Of a stretch of DNA of 37,608 nt, positions 26,158 to 34,865 are shown piece by piece. The position numbers and the translations under genes were made by a program. Positions within the stretch are counted from its first letter, which is position 1. The number at the start of each line of letters is the position of its first letter. The DNA lies in the NCBI GenBank assembly GCA_003141915.1, contig PLNY01000361.1:4765-42372 (forward strand), in the 5' to 3' direction. The DNA is from Anaerolineae bacterium (GTDB taxonomy: Bacteria > Chloroflexota > Anaerolineae > Anaerolineales > Villigracilaceae). The notes below the pieces were generated by a model that made no database searches, was not told the DNA's origin, and saw nothing but the letters and a program-made list of their open reading frames with translations.

Positions 26158-27063
26158 CTATTTCTTTTTTGATTTTGCTTTTACTGCCGGTTTCTTTGCC
26201 GCAGGCTTTCTTTTTTCAACAGGCTTTTTCTTTGCCGCAGGCTTTTTGTTCGCCGCAGGCTTTTTGTTCGCAGATAGCTTTCGCGAAGCAGATTTGACCT
26301 GTTTCTCCAGGTCAGCGCGCATCATTTCCAGTTGATGAGGCTTATCCACATCCATGCACGGTTCGGCATAAGGCCAGATAATGGCGCGGCCCTTAATACC
26401 GATCTTCTTACTCACGCGCTCTACAAAATCCTGAAGCGTTGCCTGCCGCGTAAGAAGCAAATAGAGCGTATCCAGACCCATGACGCCTGCTTGAGCCACA
26501 GGATCCTTACGCCGGGTAATCAGCGCATCCCACATCTTCAGATGTTCGCTTGCCATGCGGACGTGTACGATGTTGATGTCCGCCCCACAAACCTCCATGT
26601 CCTTAAGTTTGGTATACGTTCGTTTCGAGTTGGGATAGCGCGCTTCCATCACCTCACGCGGACAGACGCCGTAATAGATGTCATCGCTGGTTTCCATGCA
26701 GGTGTTGATCAGCCAATCCACCATCTCCGCTTTGAGGGCGGGAATGTCCGAAGAGACCAGCAGGACATGTTTGTTCTTGGGATGTAATTCCAGCGATTTA
26801 TTCATGCCCGCAATCAGGTTGTCCAGCATCCGGCCTTGATTGGACAGATAATAAAGCGGCTTCTTACACTTCAAGTTGCTCTTCGGCGAAAGGCCGGTCA
26901 CGATGACGTTATCCACGTTTTTGGCGCCGCCTAATGCGTCGAGCGTCCATTGGATCATCGGCTTACCGGCGATGTCCACCATCGCTTTTGATTCGCCTTT
27001 TGTATAAGCATACAACGGCTCATCGGGTTGCGGGATTCCACCTGCGGTGATTACTGCATCCAT
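26158..27063 (-). CDS. MobA-like/GT-A-fold nucleotidyltransferase with a Lys/Ala/Pro-rich C-terminal tail
   Basis: 301 aa. The N-terminal AVITAGGIP...KAMVDIAGKPMIQW is an NTP_transferase signature. The last ~48 aa read KQVKSASRKLSANKKPAANKKPAAKKKPVEKRKPAAKKPAVKAKSKKK. Confidence 0.7.
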   Translation of the reverse strand: MDAVITAGGIPQPDEPLYAYTKGESKAMVDIAGKPMIQWTLDALGGAKNVDNVIVTGLSPKSNLKCKKPLYYLSNQGRMLDNLIAGMNKSLELHPKNKHVLLVSSDIPALKAEMVDWLINTCMETSDDIYYGVCPREVMEARYPNSKRTYTKLKDMEVCGADINIVHVRMASEHLKMWDALITRRKDPVAQAGVMGLDTLYLLLTRQATLQDFVERVSKKIGIKGRAIIWPYAEPCMDVDKPHQLEMMRADLEKQVKSASRKLSANKKPAANKKPAAKKKPVEKRKPAAKKPAVKAKSKKK

Positions 27064-27099
27064 AGTTATCTCCTAATATCCTCGATTTGTGTAATGACG

Positions 27100-28008
27100 T
27101 CAATTGATTTCCTGCAGCTGCGGCTCGTATTTGAGCTTCGCCAACAATTCAGTGTATTCGTCGCGCGTCAACGAACGCTTCTTTCCGGAGACGGCAACGA
27201 ACGCGGCTTCCATCATGTTCGTCCCGAACGAACGGCCATCCAACACAGGCGTGGTGGTCATCAAATATTTGATCCCGCATTGCTTGAACAATGCCACGTC
27301 TTCGGGTGTGGTTGTGTTTGTCACGATGATCTTGCCCTGCATATCGTCAGGCAGGTGGCGCCTGATGTAAAGACAGTCGCCTGCGATCACCGTGGCATCG
27401 TGATAATATTTTTCAAACTTCGGAATGCGAACATCCTGTTTTTCACCCGTCGGGTAGACCCATTCAAAGGGCAGGCGTCCAGCGATAGGCATCAAAACTG
27501 CGGCGAAATTCTTGAGCTGTTGCGCAGTATGCAACGCGATGGGAATGCCCAGCCCAAACATCAGGTCGCCAAACGTGCATTCGTATCCTGCGTTAAAAAA
27601 GCCGCTTGACATTCCCCAGCGATCCGCGCCGCTCACCACGAAAACTTTTTTGCCGCCCGCCTTGTCGATGTAATCGCCGATCTTTGAGTCAAGGAGAGCG
27701 GCGGAACGACTCTCCAGCGTATACTTTAATCCGACGCCGTCTACGATCGGTGTCTCTTTAACAAAGCGGATCATCGGCCGGACCGAATAGAGCGGATACC
27801 ATTTATTGTCCACCATCAATCCCAAATCTGCGCCGCCCACTCCGAAAGCATCCACCTTGCCGTCCAGTTCCTGATACTTGCGTGCGGCGGCTTCCATGTC
27901 TCCATCGGTGCCGATGCGTTCGATGCTGACAGTTTCCCCTAATAAATTTACTTCAACGGCTTTATCTCGCTTGGATGAACCAATACTAATGCTCACGGCA
28001 CGTTTCAT
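27100..28008 (-). CDS. Conserved protein of unknown function (family often auto-annotated as quinate 5-dehydrogenase-like)
   Basis: MKRAVSISIGSSKRDKAVEVNLLGETVSIERIGTDGDMEAAARKYQELDGKVDAFGVGGADLGL matches, from memory, a conserved ~300-aa family in Firmicutes and Chloroflexi. An AAGGAG RBS precedes the ATG at 28008. Confidence 0.5.
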   Translation of the reverse strand: MKRAVSISIGSSKRDKAVEVNLLGETVSIERIGTDGDMEAAARKYQELDGKVDAFGVGGADLGLMVDNKWYPLYSVRPMIRFVKETPIVDGVGLKYTLESRSAALLDSKIGDYIDKAGGKKVFVVSGADRWGMSSGFFNAGYECTFGDLMFGLGIPIALHTAQQLKNFAAVLMPIAGRLPFEWVYPTGEKQDVRIPKFEKYYHDATVIAGDCLYIRRHLPDDMQGKIIVTNTTTPEDVALFKQCGIKYLMTTTPVLDGRSFGTNMMEAAFVAVSGKKRSLTRDEYTELLAKLKYEPQLQEIN

Positions 28009-28073
28009 AAAACGATCTCCTTGTTCCAAACATCGATGAATTTATTTCAGTATACACCCAACCGGATGGTCTC

Positions 28074-30107
28074 TCAAGATTTTGGCTTTTGGCCCCATAA
28101 AGAGAAGAGGAAGGTCGCGCCCTTACCTGCTTCGCTTTCGACCCAGACGCGCCCGCCATGCACTTCGATAATCCGCTTGACGATGGATAACCCGGCTCCC
28201 GTTCCTTCCGCTTGCGCGTCAAGTTTATTGAATAAACCAAATATGCGTTCGTGATATTCCGGCGCGATACCGATACCATTATCGCGCACAAAAAAGATTG
28301 GTTTGCCGTCTCCGCCATGTTCCCGCAATCCAATTTCGATGCGCGGTTTTGGCTGATCGCCCATAAACTTGGCGGCGTTGTCAATCAGGTTTTGAAGAAC
28401 CTCGATCAGCCGCCGGCGGTCTCCATACACATTTGGCAAATCGGGTTGGACGTCAATTTGAACGCCGCGCGCTTCAATACGTCCCTGAACCAGTTCCATC
28501 GCCTCATTTACCAACGCCTCAAATGGAATAAACTCGGACGGATTCGCCAGCCGGCCAATGCGTGAAAGTTCCAGCAATTCGTTGAGCAAGATTTGCATTT
28601 TATCGCTGGCAGCCGAGATGCGTTCCATATCCTTCGTCAGATGCTGGGTATCTCCTTTTTCCGCGTCTTCACGGAGGAAGCCCAAAAATCCTTTGATGGT
28701 GATAAGCGGTGATTTAAGATCGTGTGAAACCGTGTAGGTAAAGCGCTCCAATTCTGCGTTCTTGGCTTCGAGTTCATTAATCAACACTTCACGTTCCGCC
28801 TCGGCCCATTTGCGCACCGTAATATCCCGCACCATTCCCAGCACCCGGTCTTCGCCGCTGGCAATCAGGCGCGATTCGTAATCATGGAGGCCATCTTTGC
28901 CGGGTAGTTGATACTCGAACGCATAGGTCTGATCGGTCAGCAGCGTTCTTTCGATTCCAAATAACGTTGGCGAGGAGATAAATTCGGGCATTACCTCTCG
29001 TATATTTTTTCCCAGGAATTCTTTGGGGGAAAGCGGCGGGCCGATTCCTTCTGCTTTGAAGAAATCCATGAAGACGCCGTTCTTATCCAGTTCAAAGATC
29101 ATATCGGGAATGGCATTCAAGAGCGCTCGGTTACGGGCTTCGGCTTGACGGAGTTCCTCCTGAACCCTTTTCTCTTCCGTGGTATCGTAAAAAGTTGAAA
29201 GAATACAAGCCTGGTTTTCAAGCTGGATCAGCTCATAAAAAGCCAGCATATTGTGTTTATCACCATTTTGGCTGACGAAGCGACATTCCATATCTTGAAT
29301 GGAACGCTTTTCCTTCAACGCTTTCACAAATTGACGCCGGTCTTCCGGATTCTTCCATAGACCAAATTCGAGCAGTGTATGGTCAATCGCTTGGCTGGGA
29401 TTCAATCCACTTAGCTTCCAAAAAGACTCGTTGGCTTCCACAAAACGGCCATCCTCCAGTGTGGTAATCGAAATGGCCAGTGGACTGGCACGGAAGAACT
29501 TGCGAAAACGCTCTTCGCTCACGCGGACAGCCGTCATATAGTGTTGCAAACTATTCAAGATCAAATACATTAAGATTCCGGAAACCATAAACATGATGGT
29601 CATGCCGCGCGTAACATCGTAAATGTTGTCCATGGTGGTATGCAATAAGCCGTGTGTTTCGAGAATTGCCATACCCCAGATGGATAGTATGCTCAGTAAA
29701 CTTAATCCGGCAGTTGCCTGCCATCCCAATAACAATCCGCATACTAACACGATGATCAGTTCACCCGCCACAGATGTATCGCGTACGCCTGAACCGATTA
29801 ATGCCTGATATACTGTCACCAACCAGCTGCTGAGCACCAAAATGATGCTGGCCGCCTGTGTATACCCTCGATGAATGAACCAGATCAGAACAAGAATGAC
29901 GAGAACGAGCGCTTCAAGGGAAATGTTGGAATTATCAAGCAGACTACTTCCTTGTATAAGATTCCCAATGATTATGCATAAAAGGAGAGCAATCCCACTC
30001 CAGGCAATGAAGTTCAACAGCTGAGCGCGGCGATTCTTTTCCGGATCGTCAAACTGCGGCGGCGTGATGAACCTGCCAATTCGTTCGAATACTTCGGCTC
30101 TCTTCAT
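28074..30107 (-). CDS. Membrane-bound PAS-domain sensor histidine kinase (no adjacent response regulator)
   Basis: 677 aa with about 6 N-terminal TM helices and two PAS-like segments. The H-box is FTYTVSHDLKSPL. N, G1 and G2 boxes are present (NLIDNAAKF, VRDNGIGI, GTGAGLSIV). Confidence 0.9.
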   Translation of the reverse strand: MKRAEVFERIGRFITPPQFDDPEKNRRAQLLNFIAWSGIALLLCIIIGNLIQGSSLLDNSNISLEALVLVILVLIWFIHRGYTQAASIILVLSSWLVTVYQALIGSGVRDTSVAGELIIVLVCGLLLGWQATAGLSLLSILSIWGMAILETHGLLHTTMDNIYDVTRGMTIMFMVSGILMYLILNSLQHYMTAVRVSEERFRKFFRASPLAISITTLEDGRFVEANESFWKLSGLNPSQAIDHTLLEFGLWKNPEDRRQFVKALKEKRSIQDMECRFVSQNGDKHNMLAFYELIQLENQACILSTFYDTTEEKRVQEELRQAEARNRALLNAIPDMIFELDKNGVFMDFFKAEGIGPPLSPKEFLGKNIREVMPEFISSPTLFGIERTLLTDQTYAFEYQLPGKDGLHDYESRLIASGEDRVLGMVRDITVRKWAEAEREVLINELEAKNAELERFTYTVSHDLKSPLITIKGFLGFLREDAEKGDTQHLTKDMERISAASDKMQILLNELLELSRIGRLANPSEFIPFEALVNEAMELVQGRIEARGVQIDVQPDLPNVYGDRRRLIEVLQNLIDNAAKFMGDQPKPRIEIGLREHGGDGKPIFFVRDNGIGIAPEYHERIFGLFNKLDAQAEGTGAGLSIVKRIIEVHGGRVWVESEAGKGATFLFSLWGQKPKS

Positions 30108-30155
30108 GACTACGGAGATTATAAATCAATGTTTGGCTTTAATGACTTTTTTAAG

Positions 30156-30184
30156 TTGACTCTTGTGCGAATATTTTGTATATT
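30156..30184 (+). promoter_or_regulatory. Candidate promoter giving a leaderless or near-leaderless GH4 transcript
   Basis: TTGACT (30156-30161), a 17-nt spacer, then TATATT (30179-30184). The ATG at 30191 lies only 6 nt downstream of the -10 box, and no SD is present. Confidence 0.45.
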
Positions 30185-30190
30185 ATCAAA

Positions 30191-31585
30191 ATGACTCTTC
30201 CCACCACCATTACCGTGATCGGCGCGGGCAGCGCTTCATTTGGCGAAAACACGCTGGCCGCTTTGATGCATTCGCCAAAACTGCGCGGTTCCACGCTGCG
30301 GCTCGTGGATCGAAACGCATCCAGCCTGGATATTGTTCATCGCCTCGCGAACCGCCTCAACGTCGAGTGGGACGCGCAGATGAAGATCAGCGCGCACGCT
30401 CATCATCAAGATGCGCTGGATGGCGCGCAATTTGTTGTTTCCGCTATCGAAGTCGGTCCGCGCGAAGAACTGTGGCGCAAGGATTTTGAATTAACTCAGA
30501 AGCATGGACTTCGTCAGCCGTACGGCGAGAACGGCGGCCCCGGCGGTGTCGCACATGCGGCGCGCAATGTGCTGCCGGTACTTGAAATTGCGCACGCAAT
30601 GGAACAGGCTTGCCCCGATGCTTGGTTCATCAATTTCACCAATCCAATGGTTCGCATCTGTGACCTGGTCAATCGGCATACAAAAATAAAAGCAGTCGGC
30701 TTGTGCCATCAAATTTTGATTGGCTATTGTTTTGTGGGCATGGTGCTGAGCAAAGAACTCGGAATAAAAATTCCTGATGGCATCACCGGTATGCAGGCCG
30801 ATATGGTCGAGCGTGATTTACGCGCGGAAGTGGTGCATCAGACGATGCCGCTGGTGGATATCCGAGCCGCGGGCACGAATCACTTTACGTGGATTCTTTC
30901 CATTCGCGACAAGCGCACCGGCGAGGATTTATATCCGATCTTCCGCGAACGCTTCGCATCCTTTGACCCGAGCTTTGAGCCGCTGACGAGGGACGTATTC
31001 AATGCCTTTGGCTGGTTCCCCGTTCCCGGCGATACGCATTTATGCGAATATCTGCCGTGGGTTGCCGACCCGCTTACGAAGCCGTGGGATAAATACAACA
31101 TTCGACTTTATGAATGGGATAAGCGAGCGGACTTGCGCGATCTTGATTTAGCTCGCCTCGATAAAATGGCAAAAGGTGAAATGACCATTGATGGCTTGCT
31201 CGATGCAGACTCCGAAGGCGCACTGGAAATGATCGAGAATATTGCGGGGAATGGAAATCATTATCACATTGCTGCCAATCTTCCCAATGTTGGGCAAATC
31301 TCGAATCTGCCAATCGGCTCGACGGTTGAAACGCCGGTCTTCGTGGATGGCGCGGGGATTCATCCAGTGCATGTCGGCGAACTGCCTGAAGGCATTGCGG
31401 AACTTTGCCGCCGCGAATTGATCGTTGCTCAACTGTGCGTGGACTCAGCCGTCGAAGGTTCGAGGGAGAAAGCCCTGCAATGTCTTTTATTCGACCCCAT
31501 GATTACAGATATGGATCGAGCCAAAGCCATCCTCGATGATTATTTAACAACCTACAAAGAATACCTGCCGCAATTCTGGAAGTGA
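30191..31585 (+). CDS. Glycoside hydrolase family 4 (NAD+/Mn2+-dependent alpha-glucosidase/galactosidase-like)
   Basis: The N-terminal ITVIGAGSASFG is a Rossmann motif. FINFTNP and GLCH motifs are present. I prefer the ATG at 30191 over the track TTG at 30176, which lies inside the promoter spacer. Confidence 0.85.
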   Translation: MTLPTTITVIGAGSASFGENTLAALMHSPKLRGSTLRLVDRNASSLDIVHRLANRLNVEWDAQMKISAHAHHQDALDGAQFVVSAIEVGPREELWRKDFELTQKHGLRQPYGENGGPGGVAHAARNVLPVLEIAHAMEQACPDAWFINFTNPMVRICDLVNRHTKIKAVGLCHQILIGYCFVGMVLSKELGIKIPDGITGMQADMVERDLRAEVVHQTMPLVDIRAAGTNHFTWILSIRDKRTGEDLYPIFRERFASFDPSFEPLTRDVFNAFGWFPVPGDTHLCEYLPWVADPLTKPWDKYNIRLYEWDKRADLRDLDLARLDKMAKGEMTIDGLLDADSEGALEMIENIAGNGNHYHIAANLPNVGQISNLPIGSTVETPVFVDGAGIHPVHVGELPEGIAELCRRELIVAQLCVDSAVEGSREKALQCLLFDPMITDMDRAKAILDDYLTTYKEYLPQFWK

Positions 31586-31639
31586 AGACCATCCAACAAG
31601 ATATTGGCAGGAGAAATATGGTCAGTTTGATATTGACCA

Positions 31640-31672
31640 AAAAGCCCGGCGGTTTATTGCTGGGCTTTTTGT
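31640..31672 (+). terminator. Candidate terminator after the GH4 gene
   Basis: AAAAGCCC-(14 nt)-GGGCTTTT is followed by TGT. The stem is weak. Confidence 0.35.
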
Positions 31673-31766
31673 ATCGTGGATGACATCGTCTGTTAATGTG
31701 TGGGATTTGGCGTCAAGCATCTAATGATAGGATGCACGTTTGGCATCCTTAGTGTAAACTAGGGGC

Positions 31767-32663
31767 ATGACGACAGATACCGCTGAAAATATCAAGAGCG
31801 AAAAAGTCAGGTTCCCTGTTCATGGCTGGCTGGGATTGATCCTGGCCGGAATCTTCTGGTTCCTTAACTGGAGCCTGAGCGGGCCGCGTACGAACTGGGG
31901 TTTCTTTCCCATGTGGCTCGGCTATTGTTTGACCGTTGATGGATTGGTCTTTTGGCGGACGCGCACGTCTTTGCTCACACGCAGTTGGCGGAAATACATC
32001 GGGCTGTTTATGATTTCCGCACCGGTCTGGTGGCTCTTTGAAGCGCTCAACGTCCGTACACAAAATTGGGTTTATCTCGGCATCCATGGTTTCACGCCTT
32101 TGCAATATGCAATTTGGACAACGATCAGTTTCACGACGGTCATTCCCGCCGTGTTTGGAAGCGCTGAGTTCATTGCCAGTTTTGATTTCATCAAGCGCAT
32201 CAAACGCGGACTTGTGATTGGCCCCGACAAACCGACAACGATCAGCTTCTTCGTGATCGGCTGGATCATGCTTATCCTGACGATGATCTGGCCGAATGTT
32301 TTCTTTCCGTTCATCTGGCTGTCTCCCTATTTCATCATTGAACCGCTTAACATCTGGCTTGGATATCGTTCGTTGGCAGGCTGGACGAAGACCGGCGATT
32401 GGCGCCCGGTCATTTCGCTCTGGCTGGGCGTGTTGATGACGGCCTTCTTCTGGGAAATGTGGAATTACTTATCCTATCCAAAATGGATCTATCATGTTCC
32501 GTGGGGCGGATGGTTCCATATCTTCGAAATGCCATTGCTTGGTTATGGTGGCTATCTGCCGTTCGCGCTTGAGTTATATGCGATCTATCATTTGGTCGTT
32601 GGAATGCTGGGAGATAAAAGGACGGATTACATTCGAGCGGCTCCGGAGACAACGAATCTCTAA
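31767..32663 (+). CDS. Hypothetical polytopic membrane protein
   Basis: 298 aa with about 7-8 TM segments, rich in Trp. I recognise no family. Confidence 0.55.
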   Translation: MTTDTAENIKSEKVRFPVHGWLGLILAGIFWFLNWSLSGPRTNWGFFPMWLGYCLTVDGLVFWRTRTSLLTRSWRKYIGLFMISAPVWWLFEALNVRTQNWVYLGIHGFTPLQYAIWTTISFTTVIPAVFGSAEFIASFDFIKRIKRGLVIGPDKPTTISFFVIGWIMLILTMIWPNVFFPFIWLSPYFIIEPLNIWLGYRSLAGWTKTGDWRPVISLWLGVLMTAFFWEMWNYLSYPKWIYHVPWGGWFHIFEMPLLGYGGYLPFALELYAIYHLVVGMLGDKRTDYIRAAPETTNL

Positions 32664-32711
32664 TCATCCGGCTTGCAGTAATATTATCCCAATAAAAGGG
32701 TTTAGCGATAT

Positions 32712-33305
32712 ATGCTTCCTGTATTCATAACCAACCATCTTGATTCATGGGTTCTATATGCGGCTTATATCATCTGGCTATTGCCGGAATTCATCGCATC
32801 GTTTACAGACAGAATGTCCTCGAATGCAAAAGTGAGTGACGGTGCTTCCCATGTGGTCATCTTCGTTTCCATTTGGCTTGAAATTTATGCGGGATACTGG
32901 TCCGCTTTTGTTGTTCGACCCCTTGCAATCCCGTGGCATCGGACTCTTCTATTTGCCGTCGGCATCTTTCTGATGCTGGCAGGCGTGGCGTTTCGCTGGT
33001 ATTCCATCCGCGTGCTGGGAAAATATTTTACGCGGCAGGTCGCCATTCAACCGGGACAAACCGTCGTGGAGAACGGCCCGTATCGCTTGATCCGCCATCC
33101 ATCCTATAGCGGCGCATTGCTTACCATATTTGGGTTGGGATTGGCTTTCACGAACTGGCTGAGTCTGATCGGCGTTGTGACACTTGCATTTGTCGGATAT
33201 AGTTATCGCGTCTGGGTGGAGGAAAAGACTCTGGTCAATGCATTGGGCGAGCCGTATCGTCAATATATGAAACGCACCAAACGCTTCATCCCGTTTGTGT
33301 ATTAG
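32712..33305 (+). CDS. Isoprenylcysteine carboxyl methyltransferase (ICMT)/phospholipid methyltransferase family membrane protein
   Basis: 197 aa. VENGPYRLIRHPSYSGALL ... VEEKTL...GEPYRQYMKRTKRFIPFVY is the ICMT/PEMT C-terminal signature. Confidence 0.8.
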   Translation: MLPVFITNHLDSWVLYAAYIIWLLPEFIASFTDRMSSNAKVSDGASHVVIFVSIWLEIYAGYWSAFVVRPLAIPWHRTLLFAVGIFLMLAGVAFRWYSIRVLGKYFTRQVAIQPGQTVVENGPYRLIRHPSYSGALLTIFGLGLAFTNWLSLIGVVTLAFVGYSYRVWVEEKTLVNALGEPYRQYMKRTKRFIPFVY

Positions 33306-33589
33306 ATTTCAGGAAGCAATAATTTCGTCAACCTTACTTGAATTGATATTTAAGTGGATTTGAATAATTCCTTGGAAGCATTAATAAGATGCTGCCTGCC
33401 CATCGCATTCCGCCTTCATATAAGCATCGTAATCTTGTAAGTAAAAGTTTGCCAAGATTCTGGAGCAATCTCCGAGCGCCAGAAGCAGGGTAGTAAGGAA
33501 GAAATCAGGAAGATGGTTCGGGAGTTGGAGCAGGCGGGTCTGGAAATTCCACATCCCATAGGTTCATCATCCACACTTCCTCGCTATGT

Positions 33590-33630
33590 CTATATGGTGT
33601 CTATATGGTGGCTATATGGTACCTATATCC
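33590..33630. repeat. Four CTATAT(GGT) words phased at exactly 11 bp, bracketed by CCTCGCT direct repeats
   Basis: CTATATGGT occurs at 33590, 33601 and 33612, and CTATATCC at 33623. CCTCGCT occurs at 33579-33585 and 33629-33635. The block lies in a 570-bp stretch with no credible ORF. Confidence 0.8.
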
Positions 33631-33878
33631 TCGCTTCATTCGTCCTTCGTTCATCCTAAGCACTTCATAAGCACATGGTAAGTGCCTAACCTGGCTCTCG
33701 GCTGCAGGAGAGGCTTGTTCGCAACGGACAAACGTTTCGAGCGAAGGTCACGCTCAGCGAAGCAAGCCAGAATTATATAAAACATAATAAGGCGGAGTGA
33801 TAAAGATTTTCTGGGTTTTCAGATAAATAGGCTAGATGATAATCCAGCAGATGCAAGTCCTGATACAATGGGAGAACC

Positions 33879-34388
33879 ATGCCGACGAATATCGAAATCA
33901 AAGCCCGTGTCCGAAACTTTTTGGATTTGAAGCGGCGCGCTGAATCCCTCAGCGATTCGCCCCTTGAAGTGATTCCGCAGGACGATACGTTCTTTTTCAT
34001 ATCGAAGGGACGGCTGAAACTGCGCGTCCTTGCGCCTGACCGTGCCCAGTTGGTTTATTATGAACGCCCGAATCAAGATGGCCCCAAACGTTCGGATTAT
34101 TTTATATTCAATACCAATGATCCCGAAAATCTAAAGACCGCGCTCAGCCTTGCGCTGGGCATCCGCGGCGTGGTCAGGAAGACGCGCTATCTTTATATGG
34201 TCGGACAAACGCGCGTGCATCTCGATGATGTGGAAGGCTTGGGCCAATTCATGGAGTTGGAAGTCGTTCTGCGCGACGATCAATCGGATGCGGAAGGCCA
34301 GGCCATTGCCAATGACTTGATGAAAAAACTCGGCATTGAACCAACGGATTTAATCGAAGGCGCCTACATGGATTTGCTGGAAAAGTAA
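33879..34388 (+). CDS. CYTH-domain protein (class IV adenylate cyclase CyaB-like / triphosphatase)
   Basis: 169 aa. The N-terminal NIEIKAR is the ExExK motif, and the triphosphate-tunnel pattern continues to ...FMELEVVL. A GGGAGA RBS is present. Confidence 0.8.
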   Translation: MPTNIEIKARVRNFLDLKRRAESLSDSPLEVIPQDDTFFFISKGRLKLRVLAPDRAQLVYYERPNQDGPKRSDYFIFNTNDPENLKTALSLALGIRGVVRKTRYLYMVGQTRVHLDDVEGLGQFMELEVVLRDDQSDAEGQAIANDLMKKLGIEPTDLIEGAYMDLLEK

Positions 34389-34403
34389 TATAGCGAGGAG
34401 AAC

Positions 34404-34811
34404 ATGATGTCCAAAGTTAAAGCCATCAATCATATCGCAGTCGTAGTGGACGATATGGAGAAATCGCTATCGTTCTGGCGCGACGCGCTCGGAATGGAGC
34501 TGCATGAACTGCGCGATGTGCCCGCTGAAAAGTCGCAGGTGGCATTTTTGCCCTTGGCTGGTCCTGAAATAGAATTGGTTAAACCCACTTCCGACGATTC
34601 GGGCATTGCCAAATATCTCGCCAAACGCGGACCGGGAATGCACCACATCTGCGTCGAAGTGGATGACATTCATGGAATGTTGGAACAATTGAAATCCAAA
34701 GGGATCCGGCTCATTAACGAGGAGCCGCGTACAGCCGCTGACGGAAAGAAATATGCGTTCGTTCACCCAGAGTCCACGAGCGGCGTATTGGTGGAGCTAT
34801 ATCAAATCTAA
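34404..34811 (+). CDS. mce: Methylmalonyl-CoA epimerase (VOC/glyoxalase fold)
   Basis: 135 aa. INHIAVVV..., GPGMHHICVEVDDI and VHPESTSGVLVEL are typical. Confidence 0.8.
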   Translation: MMSKVKAINHIAVVVDDMEKSLSFWRDALGMELHELRDVPAEKSQVAFLPLAGPEIELVKPTSDDSGIAKYLAKRGPGMHHICVEVDDIHGMLEQLKSKGIRLINEEPRTAADGKKYAFVHPESTSGVLVELYQI

Positions 34812-34815
34812 TAGA

Positions 34816-34848
34816 AGACCCTGAAGGTTTTTCAAACATTCAGGGTCT
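34816..34848 (+). terminator. Hairpin downstream of the epimerase gene
   Basis: AGACCCTGAA-(13 nt)-TTCAGGGTCT forms a 10-bp stem followed by GTGGTTT. Confidence 0.45.
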
Positions 34849-34865
34849 GTGGTTTAATAGACGCC

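Noticed and set aside
30176-30190. TTG start at 30176 for the GH4 gene
   Set aside because: This TTG lies inside the spacer and -10 box of the predicted promoter. GH4 N-termini normally begin a few residues before the GAGS Rossmann motif, which fits the ATG at 30191.
31615-31680. 21-codon ORF (MVSLILTKKPGGLLLGFLYRG) with an AGGAG-like RBS after the GH4 gene
   Set aside because: It is too short to support without conservation or expression data. It also overlaps the candidate terminator hairpin, so either interpretation is weak.
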